From Asterionella formosa (Eukaryota): a stretch of 37,739 nt of DNA. The DNA lies in assembly GCA_002256025.1 (NCBI GenBank), contig NKIB01015198.1:1-37739 (forward strand). The letters run 5' to 3'. Positions 1-10,482 of this stretch are shown here, one piece after another (positions within the stretch are counted from its first letter, which is position 1; the number at the start of each line of letters is the position of its first letter). The notes beneath the pieces were generated by a model that saw only the letters and a program-made list of their open reading frames with translations, did no database searches and had not been told where the DNA came from. The position numbers were made by a program, and so were the translations under genes.

Positions 1-214
1 CTGTTTCCCAAGTCCAATGGTACCACCAGAATGCAGCAAAGTTTTCTTCCCATTCATGATCCTTGGGACTTCGTCATGTTGTGGCGTTCTACCCCCTGCT
101 CCATAACCACAGCCACCCTGTCGCGGGCCGTTGCAACGAACGATAATGGGTGATGTACCAAATTTTTCCGGTATAATAGAGGGGGGGGGGACAGCGCTTT
201 GACTTTCACAGTCT

Positions 215-340
215 CTCTACAGAGCTGCAACAGAAAATAATAGGGATAAACATAGTACCACTATAACCGTACATGGCAGCCTCTACAGAGCTGCGACAGA
301 AAATAATAGGGAAAAACATAGTACCACCATAACCGTACAT
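215..340. repeat. Tandem duplication, about 60 bp unit, 66 bp period
   Basis: CTCTACAGAGCTGC(A/G)ACAGAAAATAATAGGGA(T/A)AAACATAGTACCAC(T/C)ATAACCGTACAT occurs at 215-274 and 281-340 with 3 mismatches. Confidence 0.9.
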
Positions 341-1701
341 CACATTTAGCAAGACCGCGCCGGTGTTTTTCTGGTAGAAAGTACTTTGTTGTGGTACAAC
401 GAGAGAATCCAGGCCGCGCCAGGAGTTTTGCCACATAGCAGGAGGGTCCACACACACACAAATTAGCATGGTGAAAAAGTAAGCAATCAATGCAGCCAAC
501 AGCCAATCATCCCCTACTGGCTCTTCAGCAGCTAGATTAAAATGTTTTTGTTGTGTATCTAAATGCTAGTATGGCTTGTCAGCTCACGCATTGTTGTTGA
601 TAACAGGCAGGGACAATGAGGTCCGGAATGAAAGTTGTTCTGGTAAGATTACCGCGCTATTTTGACGGCTATATGAGCAACGCTACTGATAACTCACACT
701 GATTTTCCTCTTCATTCAATTGACATTGCAGCAAACCCTTTCAATTCAGGAGCATTCTGATGAAATCCAGGATTGAGTATTGATGCTTTCTGATTCTGTG
801 TTAATGTCATATGATAACAGGGCTCCGTAAATCATGAGTTGTTAGTGTGCCTTGGCGTGCTGTTTGTCATGCTGCCAGCTGCTGCTGTATTTCTACTGAA
901 TTATTGAACGACTATGAGAATCTTTATGTGCCAGTTGTTCAATAATTCATTATAAATACAGGTGCAATCAAATCATGGCCTCTTCCTGATCCATTTTTCA
1001 GCAGTCCTCTCTGAGGCAGTCACTCTCTATGTAATCCTGGACACCGCCTAGTAACAGTGATTTATAATGAGTGAGAGTGAGTTGAAGTTTTGGATGGTAA
1101 AACAGCAAACAAAACAATTATCATACTCCAAGGTGTCCATTTAAAAATAAACCTCCATTGGCTGCATTGAAAAAATTTGATCAAGAGGATATCATACCGA
1201 CAAAACCACCCTGGTACCAAGACGGTATACTCTCACCACCATCAGACCAGGTAATTGTTAATCCCTGAGTGAAAACAATTGTGATTTTCAACTACTCAAG
1301 TGCCAAGTAGCTTATTTTTAGGATGGAATATGTAGAAGCATCCCAATTTTCTACGGGAAAACCTTACTTAACTACAGGAACAAAAATGAAAACAATACAT
1401 ATGATGGTAGATAATGCTTCTTAGTCCAAAAAAGGGTTCTATTTAATTTATGACGATAATTATCAATCAACATACCGGTACCGGATACCACTCGTCTACT
1501 ACCAGGTACCTGGTACCATACCGCGTATGTACGTGATAAATAGTTAACCTGGTACCGGTACTCCAGGTACCTTACGTTGTACATACATCAAACACGGACT
1601 CGCGTCACCGCCCATCAATATCATGGCTAATTATAAAATTATAGCATACACGTTAATATTATTACACATAAAAATGAACATGATGTCGTTTCATCCCAAC
1701 G

Positions 1702-3930
1702 ATGTTCGCCTCACGTCACTCTTTTGAATGCCATTTTGCTAACACCTCACAGTTCCCCACCACAACTGGACGCTCATCTATTCCATTCCTACTTTTGACT
1801 TCCCTGATACTGCTGCTACCTCAATTTTCCAACTCGTTGTTCGTTCCTTCAAAACAAAAATTGCAGTTCCGTCCATGGGCTGCGCCCAGCAGTGTCACTG
1901 CCACCGCCGCCGCCTCCTCGTCTGATAACGACTTAGGAATGATGGACGCACCAGATGTGCTACAAAACATCATCATCACTACATGCAAGTACTGCGAGCA
2001 TACATTTTCATCTAGGAATGCACTCTTCCGACACGTGCGCTCCAACCCAGATTGCACCGCCATGTTTCTACAGGAAAGTGGACAAGTGGCCATGGATCAT
2101 TTATCAAAGAACGCACCTCGACGTGGTGTGGCGTTACTATTGGGATATACTTCTAATGACAGCACATTCCATGCTTCGGAAGCAGCTGCCAAGGCTGTAG
2201 AGGAAGCCTTTGTGGCACGTCATTCCTGTTCGGAGTTGAAGATTTCACAAGCCTCCGCTGTGGATCATCGACACAGGGCATTGGCACAGGACCAAAGCTG
2301 TGCGGCGGCGGGTGATGTCATCACATTGAGGTACAGGAGTACCATGGATGTGGGAGACGACCTTGTGCAGGAATTGAATCAGCAGTTGCAGGGAGGCGAC
2401 AATCCAAACCTTTGTGTTTGTGTGCTAGGCATGGAAAGGCTTTCTGCTCTGGCGTCGCATATGAGCGCAGAACAAGATTCAACACAAATAGCCTATCACT
2501 ATCTCGTTCCGTTGAACTGGCTTCCAGATGGAGAAGCAGCAAATAAGTGGTGGTTCGATGAAAAACAAAGAACTTTACACAAAAAGGAACAAATTCCTAA
2601 TGACAATATGATGGTGAAATGGAAACGAATTAGATTTGGCGCCAAAATTCGTGATGAGATGCCTCATTCTTGTCCGCCCCCTTCATCTCTGAAATTATGG
2701 AAAGAGGCATTAAAGTCTGCAGCCTCAATGGACACCCGTGAAGCAAAGGAGGGGACTGCACCTTCTATTACCGCAGGAAAACCACGGTTCCGTGGACTCG
2801 ACGGCAAGGAGAAGCGTTGCTGGCACAATTTCGCTGACCCTTCATTACAAGGAGACGCTAGTCCGAACAACACCCCAGTATGGAGGACACTGGATAGAGC
2901 TCGCACAATTGAGTTCTTCGAAAACCAAAACAATGCAGCCATGGTGGTTGAGCTTCGCGGAGATGGATTCGTTACTCAACAAGTGAGAAGAATTATTGGT
3001 ACCGCCATGGCTATGATACATGGTTGGCTACCTAATGATTTTTTTGACATTGCAACAAAGCCAGATGTCTTTCTTGAGACACCAATCGCTCCAGAGGGAT
3101 ACATGTTCCTGGCTGGGGCTAGATTTGATTTCAATGAAGTGCAACGAATGGATATCATGTTTGGTGCTTCCAATGGTCGTCAACGAGAATGGATAGAGGA
3201 GCTTCAATTTAGTATTCTTGACCGGCATGCAAGGGAGACTACAAGTGGTAAGGCATGGCTGGATGATTTGAGAGATGTGGTTGCCCCGCGCATTCGACTT
3301 CAGCTACAACAATTGGCCGATGACGAGGCATACAGGAAAGCACGGAGTGCTGGAATCATGGTGAAACCAATTTTTGCTAAGGTTGACTCAACTGAACTAC
3401 AGCTATATGAGCAGACTCTAACACTTCTGCGGGACATTGTTAAAAGTGGAAAATGGCCAGCAACGTCTATAGCCAGGGCAAGGGTTATTCGTTCTGGAGA
3501 CCATAGCTTGCAAACACAATCAGGATCGTTTACAGTTGTTAATAGAGCACGATTAGCTGCTAATGACAAGGTTACACCTTATCCATTGGCCAATCAATTG
3601 TTCCCCGATTTGGCAAATGCTGTGTTTAGCTTGGAACAACACCTAGTGGCAATGGCTGGCAGTTCGGTGTCCTCACGAATACCTTCTACGCATTGTGCTG
3701 TAAACTGCAATGCAGAGTTCACCCCCCACATAGACAGCGGACGTGGGGCGGGACAAAGTCTCTCCATGATTGTTGGACTGGGTGATTACAGTGGTGGAGG
3801 GTTGATGGTGGAGGGAATGTTGCACGACATCCATTACCGTGTTTTGGAGTTTGATGGTTGGAAGCTTCGCCATTGGACAGAGCCATTTGAAGGAGAACGT
3901 TTCTCGCTTGTTTGGTTTACCCCAGAATAG
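1702..3930 (+). CDS. Fusion protein: C2H2-like zinc finger + TruA/Pus1-type pseudouridine synthase domain + C-terminal 2OG-Fe(II) dioxygenase domain (742 aa)
   Basis: Intronless ORF. Zinc finger CKYCEHTFSSRNALFRH. Pus1/TruA-like motifs in order: RRGVALLLGY, AQDQSCAAAGDV (cf. RTDKGVHAAGQV), AYHYLVP, WHNFA, LRGDGFVTQQVRRIIG, PIAP. The C-terminus has H676-x-D678, H724 and R733-x-S735, the metal and 2OG ligands of 2OG-Fe(II) oxygenases. Confidence 0.85.
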   Translation: MFASRHSFECHFANTSQFPTTTGRSSIPFLLLTSLILLLPQFSNSLFVPSKQKLQFRPWAAPSSVTATAAASSSDNDLGMMDAPDVLQNIIITTCKYCEHTFSSRNALFRHVRSNPDCTAMFLQESGQVAMDHLSKNAPRRGVALLLGYTSNDSTFHASEAAAKAVEEAFVARHSCSELKISQASAVDHRHRALAQDQSCAAAGDVITLRYRSTMDVGDDLVQELNQQLQGGDNPNLCVCVLGMERLSALASHMSAEQDSTQIAYHYLVPLNWLPDGEAANKWWFDEKQRTLHKKEQIPNDNMMVKWKRIRFGAKIRDEMPHSCPPPSSLKLWKEALKSAASMDTREAKEGTAPSITAGKPRFRGLDGKEKRCWHNFADPSLQGDASPNNTPVWRTLDRARTIEFFENQNNAAMVVELRGDGFVTQQVRRIIGTAMAMIHGWLPNDFFDIATKPDVFLETPIAPEGYMFLAGARFDFNEVQRMDIMFGASNGRQREWIEELQFSILDRHARETTSGKAWLDDLRDVVAPRIRLQLQQLADDEAYRKARSAGIMVKPIFAKVDSTELQLYEQTLTLLRDIVKSGKWPATSIARARVIRSGDHSLQTQSGSFTVVNRARLAANDKVTPYPLANQLFPDLANAVFSLEQHLVAMAGSSVSSRIPSTHCAVNCNAEFTPHIDSGRGAGQSLSMIVGLGDYSGGGLMVEGMLHDIHYRVLEFDGWKLRHWTEPFEGERFSLVWFTPE

Positions 3931-4372
3931 AATGAAAAAATTACAATAGTCGTGTAATGTATTACAACACTGTAGCAATCAATCTCAATATAGCTAGGTG
4001 TCTCATAAGTTTACATGGAGTCCGAATGGCTTCCTTCAACCACTTTGCTGCTAGCAACAGAGAATTACTTACCAGAAATCTTGCTCCATTTTATGAATCC
4101 CTGCACTGTGGTGACTGGGACAAGTCTCTCACAATGAAAAATTAACAACTTTGGAAAGTGTTTCATATTGGGATATTATATATTTAATTATTAAGTACAT
4201 TTAAAGTACGCCATTGTTAAAGAACTCGACAAGCAATTGTGGAGGTTGCGAAGTCTCACTTGGCCCCCATGGAGAAATACAAGAATCAATCCCGCCACCT
4301 TGGAAGGTGAGCAAACCAACTACTAAGCTATTCTCCTAGCTATTACTACATATAATATATTTATGTCCTATA

Positions 4373-4458
4373 ATACTTAGAAGAAACTACAATATGTCTA
4401 CAATAGTATTATACTTAAAAGAAACTGCAATATGTTTACAATGGGATTATAATTAGAA
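4373..4458. repeat. Imperfect tandem repeat, 38 bp period, about 2.3 copies
   Basis: ATACTTAGAAGAAACTACAATATGTCTACAATAGTATT starts at 4373, a variant starts at 4411, and a partial copy starts at 4449. Confidence 0.8.
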
Positions 4459-4799
4459 TGTTCTAAGTAGCTATACTGCGATAATTTTGGGGCAGTTGGT
4501 AAAAGGTTAAAAATGTGAGGCTTCCTTCAATGACAAATGAAGTTTGAATGAGGGCATGGTTGTGGAGCCAGAATGCAATCACTGTCTTAGCAATACCCCA
4601 AAGAGACTATTTGTTCACTGTCAGAAACTTGAAGTGAGAATTGGTAATGAAAATTCTGCGAGGAGTGAAATTCAGATGCATGCAAGAAGAAGTGCACAAA
4701 GAGATGATGAGTGAGGGAGTTGCAAAAAACCAAACAAGCAGTGGTACACGAAAGAAGGGATTGTAGTTGACAATGAGCAGGAAGGAATTGGATTGGAGA

Positions 4800-5560
4800 T
4801 AGAATATGAACTCATCAGGACTCACCGTCTCATGTTTGTCAATGAAGTCGGTTCTAATACATCACAAGCAAAAGATGGCAATGTTGGAGGTGAGAAATTC
4901 CTATCAATTTCAGGGGGGGCGACCGCAAATCTGTGCCTCAACCAAGGATGACCATTTCACTGTCCTAGCTAGGCGTCACTGCAGCCAATGGAAAATCCAG
5001 TTCTCTGTGCAATCATCTTCGCCTCAGAAGCCTTGGAGGAAGAATGGGTTCTTGGTCTGGATCCATTTGCGGCATGGGGAGAAGAAGAGGAATACATGAA
5101 AGGCAATAGTGGCAAAGGAAAACAATACCCACAAGGACCAGTCTGTGTGGTTGATGGGAAAAGCTTACCCACATATTGTTGTGTAAGAGAAAGTGGCTTT
5201 ATTACAGCAGAACTCTTGGTTGGAATGCTAAATCACATTGACAACTCTGGATTATTCCCCTGTGAAAATGGCCCCCACCATGACGATTTCTAATTCTGGA
5301 TGGACATGGATCTCGCTTTGACCTACTATTTCTGGAATATATCAACAACCAGTTCACAAGTGGACAGTATGTATTGGAGTACCCTGTGAAACCAGTTACT
5401 GGCAAGTTAGAGACAGCAGCGAGCAAAATGGGTCATTCAAGATGAATCTGTCTAGAGCAAAACGAAATTTTTTACCTTAAAAGGTGAACACAGGTAAGAG
5501 CTTTTATCAATAAGGTCGATATTGTTGGGCTAGTAAACACTGCATGGTAAAAATCTTTTA
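4800..5560 (+). pseudogene. Decayed DDE transposase (pogo/Tigger-like, DDE_1 type) with frameshifts
   Basis: Collinear fragments in different frames: FVNEVGSNTSQAKDGNVGGEKFL, PQICASTKDDHFTVL, PVLCAIIFA..GPVCVVDGKSLPTYC..SGFITAELLVGMLNHID, LILDGHGSRFDLLFLEYIN, HKWTVCIGVPCETSYWQVRDSSEQNGSFKM. LILDGHGS matches the LxxDGHxSH/R motif around the second catalytic Asp of pogo-type transposases. Boundaries are approximate. Confidence 0.75.
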
Positions 5561-6641
5561 CAAATGTGAAGAGCAAACAACCAGGACAAATCTGAAACCA
5601 GGCATTAAGTAATAAGAAAATGGTTTTGAGGCAACAATCAAGTAAAAAACCACAGTGCGGGTGAAAACTTCATGTATAGATTAAAAAAAAGTACTGAAAG
5701 TCAACATGTTGAGTCAAAATGGGTAATTTTTAATTGCTTAGATCTTCATAACTCTATGCTTTAGTTCGGGTTGAGTCTCAGCCTAGGTGATTTCGATGTA
5801 TTGTATCTATTTTATGTACAGTTATATTGTTTGATTACCGGAATACCGGTATGCTCGGCCTGCATTTCGGACAAATACTCGCAATATTCGGACTTTACCG
5901 GAACTCCCTGGGTTATGATAGCTATCCTCAGCAATTTGTTGTCTGCAATAGAGTTCGTGCTTTAAACTTCGATAATTTTAGTTGAGAAAGGAGTTATTAA
6001 ACGTTGACTCTCCGTTTTTAGGTGGTTGGGGATATCATGCAACATGAACAAAGAACATAGGTTCTTCGATGATTGCGACATGTAGGAAATAATATTGTGA
6101 CATGATATTACATGACGACAGGCATGTCGCATTCCTGTTTTTTGTCGGCCTGCAAGGATACTGTGTGTATTCTTTATCTGAATATTTGTAACGACTCGTA
6201 CTTAAAACTATTGATAAACGAACTACCGGTATACCAGTACCGGTACTGGTATACAAGGTACCAGGGGGTACCCACCCTGGTACTGAAAGTACTGTTGGAA
6301 TCAAAAAAATTGTCGAAGAAGTTGTTGTTCTGTCGAAAGAAACCAACCCTAATATGGGACTTGAAATCAAGAACCTCGGAATCGTCACTTTCAATAATTT
6401 GTCGCAGAAGATCTAAGTATAGAAAGTTTTGATGCGTCAACAAATACCTTTACAACTTCTTATTGGCTTCGGTCAATGTTCTCTGAAAGTTTTGAAGGCG
6501 ACTTCGATATATTTTATGCATTATATTAGTGGCTATTACATACCCGGTACCGGTATTCCATGTGTTTCACAAACACACAAACAACAAATGCGAATCTCTT
6601 ATTTGTTCTCGTTGCTTGTTGAAAACAGAACCATATCAGCA

Positions 6642-7898
6642 ATGGAGGGCAACCAACCTCATAAACAGAGGAAAGACAGCGTCATGACTACAGCACGGCC
6701 CCTGGACCCACATTTGAGTATTGCGGTGGCGGTACCTCCAACAACAAAGTCTGACGATTCTCAACCGTCTTCAACATTAATTTACCCCTTGGACGAAGGA
6801 AACTGCTATCACAAACACGCGCTCTCAAATCATATCCACACCCTCAAGGATGACATCCATTATCACTCTACGAGCAAATTGAGTGATATGCATTCCCAAG
6901 GCCGATCATCCAAGCCAATATCTGCCAACACTGGAATGTCCTATACCAACACACACTATCACTCTAGCAGCAAAGTTCGTGATATACTGCACTCAAGCCC
7001 ATCACCTAAGAATGCCACTACTCGATCCAACAAGGCCAGCAGTCGAACGTCAAAGGAAGCAGTTCCAACCTCGAAGCGAGCCCATCATCATCTGAGTCAT
7101 CACTCGCAAGAATATTTTGGAACATGCTTTGCTGTCTACCCAACGACTCTATCTTTGAAAGATGCTCGCACCGTGATAGGTCAAGCCTATGTGGGTACCC
7201 CTTCTGTTGCGGGGAACTCTATCATCAAATGGATGACAGTACCCCTTCAATTTGTGAGTGACGAGCAAACTGCTACTACTACAAGGACGTACGTCAGTGG
7301 CTTTCCAATACAAGTTCAACTTGCCCATGACGGGGTCCTCTTTGGCATCAAGGAACAAGACGAGCTCAAATCTTCTCTTCTCTTTCGAGAATTCGACCCT
7401 AAAAAGAAAGCCGAACGAGGTATCCTGAAACAATTTATCGATCTATTGTCTCAAGCCTTTGCCTACTCTAGTGTCGAAACGGGTACCAACGCCCCCACTA
7501 CGCCATTCACCAACAAATCTCGACATGAAGCCTTTGGCGAATACTTAGCACGAGCGGAACGCCTCGAAGAAGATTTCAACGAGTGGCATTCCCTTTATGG
7601 TCCACCTGGGGTGCATTGGTATGTGAGTGACGTTGCCGTTGTCCCAGAGTGTCAAGGCAAGGGCTACGGTTGTGACATGATGAAAGCGTTGGGGAAACTT
7701 GCTGATAGATACTGTCGAAATGTCTATCTTGAGTGTACGGACCAGGATTTGGAATTCTTTCGCAAGTTTGGATTTCGATCTGTTGCCACAAAGGAGGTAC
7801 TTGTAGCAGACCAAGTATGCAGTCCAACAACAAATCTCAAGGTACACCTATTGGTGAGAAACCATCATTTCCTAGAACCACTAGATGCTGCAGTATAG
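6642..7898 (+). CDS. GNAT-family N-acetyltransferase with a low-complexity Ser/His-rich N-terminus
   Basis: C-terminal HWYVSDVAVVPECQGKGYG (acetyl-CoA-binding motif A, Q/RxxGxG), followed by VYLE and FFRKFGF. I placed the start at the ATG at 6642 (MEGNQ). The ORF-track extension from 6429 looks non-coding, but the start is uncertain. Confidence 0.8.
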   Translation: MEGNQPHKQRKDSVMTTARPLDPHLSIAVAVPPTTKSDDSQPSSTLIYPLDEGNCYHKHALSNHIHTLKDDIHYHSTSKLSDMHSQGRSSKPISANTGMSYTNTHYHSSSKVRDILHSSPSPKNATTRSNKASSRTSKEAVPTSKRAHHHLSHHSQEYFGTCFAVYPTTLSLKDARTVIGQAYVGTPSVAGNSIIKWMTVPLQFVSDEQTATTTRTYVSGFPIQVQLAHDGVLFGIKEQDELKSSLLFREFDPKKKAERGILKQFIDLLSQAFAYSSVETGTNAPTTPFTNKSRHEAFGEYLARAERLEEDFNEWHSLYGPPGVHWYVSDVAVVPECQGKGYGCDMMKALGKLADRYCRNVYLECTDQDLEFFRKFGFRSVATKEVLVADQVCSPTTNLKVHLLVRNHHFLEPLDAAV

Positions 7899-8089
7899 AG
7901 TGGAACTGATTACTACTATTAACCATATCATTATACTGCATTGTCATCGCATCGTTCACTATTTGGAAAATATAAAAAATAGTCATTTATAGCACCTGGT
8001 CTACAAGAATAAGAAGTCAGGGAACAATACTAACTAATAGTAAAAAAACTAGGTTAAGGAAGCACCGGGAAGTCTTTGTTTTTGATTAA

Positions 8090-8145
8090 GGCCCTTTCTA
8101 ACCATCATAATAGATCAAAATCAAAACCAAACTGTGTTTTGGTGC
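8090..8145 (+). mobile_element. Solo left end related to the Harbinger-type element at 30508
   Basis: TAA|GGCCCTTTCTAACC...AAAACCAAACTGTGTTTTGGT resembles TTA|GGCCGTTGCTGAC...AAACCAAACAGTGTTTTGGT at 30508. I found no matching right end. Confidence 0.45.
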
Positions 8146-9064
8146 GAACACTAATACAGACCATCCAATTGTGTGATGGTTTGTTTATGCATGCCAGGAA
8201 CAAAAAGGAGAATGGCTTAGTTGGCTCAGCATACTGCTTTTGATCTTATGTGGACATGTTTTTCTTTGTCTGTCGTTTTCATAGCAGTAGTCATGTTCAG
8301 CCAATGGTAGTGCAAGAATGGAATTGTCAGAACTTCCACTTATCAGAATCTGCAAACATCAAGAAAATTTCCTTAGACTTGACTGACCAGAAAAGAAGAA
8401 GAAAGTTAAAGAAAGGACCAAGGAGCTTCCTTTCAAATGATCATGGCATTGGTCATTTGTGAAATTTCCCATCTCTAACATGATAATGGAAAGGGAGCGG
8501 TGCATTGGTGCTGACAGTGACTGCAACCTTGATTTTGGGATGGATGGTCTGAAGTTTTGTAATTGGCTAGGAAAAAGCACCATATGTGGGTTGTTGGATC
8601 TGGCTACTTCGCCTGCAGGTCAACAATACCATATATGTTGGTGGGGAACACATTTCAGGCACAGATCTCAGTTGACCTGTGGTAAAGATTTGATGTAGAT
8701 TATCCACTGCACCCTCACAACGTCTATTAATGCTTTATTCATTTTGTTTATACAAATGACATGGTTGACAGTCACACCTGAGCTGTTGACAAAGATCCAC
8801 AGCCAGTTCCGTAACGACTGTACGAGGATATCAAATAAGGCAAACAGCCACGTGTAGCATGATTCCCTACAATATTCTTTTACTTTAGTACTCTTTCACA
8901 TATATAAATATATTACATGATGATGACACTTCAAATTTGTAACCTTTAGTGTCACAATATAATCCTTTTTGTTACTCCACATCAAACTTAGGCTTGAGTA
9001 CATTCGCCGAGATACAAACAATTCAGACTACTGGTTTATTCCTAGACTAGTGAAGGGGTACAGT

Positions 9065-10360
9065 ATGAAAGCATCTGTATTGCTCACGGCGTTGCTTCCG
9101 CTCGTTTGCACGTCATCGGATCCGTATTCGACAGCGTCCACCGCTCGGCGAGAACGGAACTTGGATCACTTGGACATTGGCACCTTGACGTATTATCTGG
9201 GCGTCGATATTGACAGCTATACAATACTCAAAGACCGAACCTACGTTGGATACGACGTGGCAGTTATGTTTTATGCACAGTGGGACGAGAATTCACGTCG
9301 ATTTGCCCCCTATTGGGACTCCATTGCCACGTATGCCAAGGCAGGCACCAAAGAGGCCAATCTCATTTTAGGTTTGTTCAATTGTGAGCTCGACGCGGCA
9401 CATCGGAAGCTGTGCAAGGCGATCGGGGTCACGAGCTATCCAACCATGATGTTCATCGGAGCTGGCACTTATCCAGATCAAGCCCTGGTGGGCAAGAGCA
9501 AGGACTCCACCCCCCTCCCTCATACGGTCAAGTTCCTTGGGAACTGGCAATATGGAGATGCCGTGTTGGATTGGGTTCATGCCATGCAAGGCATCAGCAG
9601 TTGGCATCAATGGGGACTTATCAAGAACATACGAAAGGGGTTGCTGGGGATCTTTATCAAGCAAACGAAGAAAGGGGGCGACAGTCTACCAGTGGGACTT
9701 CCTCTACGTGCTGGCGGAAATAGCAACGGAGAAGCAGCGGCGACTGCAGCCCAATTAAGTATCTTGGAAAAGAAACTTCAACTCAAGGGCAACGAGAGCG
9801 ATTCCTACAAACAGATGGCGACACATGCAAGTTTATTGTTGGACTATGTACTGTTTCCACCTACTAAAGCAGATCCTTTTGTGGTTCTTTCGGAAACCAA
9901 GGGATGGAATAACACGGATGACCCAGTTGCTGTCGTCGTGAGAGCTTGTGCACTTGAATTGTCGCTCGATTATTGCTCTCGGCTGTCATCACATGTTACT
10001 AACGATTGGTTGGACAATGTCTATAATGCTAGTGAGCAATACTCGAATTTCACAGTGATTGATCAGGAACTTAAGAATACCATAAAAGCAAAGGAACCCT
10101 TTTGTGCAATTTTCGAAGCTTGTCTGGACAACGATTTCGAGTCGGAGAAATGCCAGCCGAGCAAGTGCCCATTTCAAGCGGAAGTGGCGTGTCGATACAT
10201 GACCAGCTGTTTCGACACGTCGATTCAGTCGGAATATGCTGTAGCCTTAAAGCTGATCGCGAAAGGGGAAAGTTTTCCTCCAAAGAAGAAACCAACAGAT
10301 GATAGCGCTAAAAAAGCGTCTGGGACCAAAGGCACTGGATCTGGTGGATGGTTTGCCTAG
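9065..10360 (+). CDS. Secretory-pathway thioredoxin-fold (PDI-like) protein without a CxxC site, with a Cys-rich C-terminal domain
   Basis: The ATG at 9065 gives a signal-like MKASVLLTALLPLVCTS. VMFYAQWDENSRRFAPYW aligns to PDI VxFYAPWCGHCKxLAPxW. FNCE..LCKAIGVTSYPTMMF contains the cis-Pro YPT motif. Confidence 0.8.
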   Translation: MKASVLLTALLPLVCTSSDPYSTASTARRERNLDHLDIGTLTYYLGVDIDSYTILKDRTYVGYDVAVMFYAQWDENSRRFAPYWDSIATYAKAGTKEANLILGLFNCELDAAHRKLCKAIGVTSYPTMMFIGAGTYPDQALVGKSKDSTPLPHTVKFLGNWQYGDAVLDWVHAMQGISSWHQWGLIKNIRKGLLGIFIKQTKKGGDSLPVGLPLRAGGNSNGEAAATAAQLSILEKKLQLKGNESDSYKQMATHASLLLDYVLFPPTKADPFVVLSETKGWNNTDDPVAVVVRACALELSLDYCSRLSSHVTNDWLDNVYNASEQYSNFTVIDQELKNTIKAKEPFCAIFEACLDNDFESEKCQPSKCPFQAEVACRYMTSCFDTSIQSEYAVALKLIAKGESFPPKKKPTDDSAKKASGTKGTGSGGWFA

Positions 10361-10482
10361 TAGAAATGCAAGCATTTTGATGGCGTAAAAAGAATTACTA
10401 GCTAAGAAAGCAGATGAACTGTTTGCGTTCCCACAGTAAGAATGATATCTCAAGTTATTGGTGCACAATGCATCTTCTTGGT

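Noticed and set aside
1..150. Minus-strand HEWEENFAAF, resembling a helicase-associated repeat
   Set aside because: It is too short and is truncated by the window edge.
206..506. Short minus-strand ORFs (97 and 81 aa)
   Set aside because: Their internal repetition comes from the 66-bp tandem duplication, and they have no recognisable domain.
6429..6641. N-terminal ORF-track extensions of the GNAT gene (and likewise of the thioredoxin-like, BET3 and ARMC6 genes)
   Set aside because: They begin at non-ATG codons and read like UTR or promoter sequence. Downstream ATGs fit the family N-termini or signal peptide better.
8240..8900. Possible Harbinger transposase remnant after the solo TIR (CIGA-like word)
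   Set aside because: I found no collinear DDE motifs in the frames I could read.
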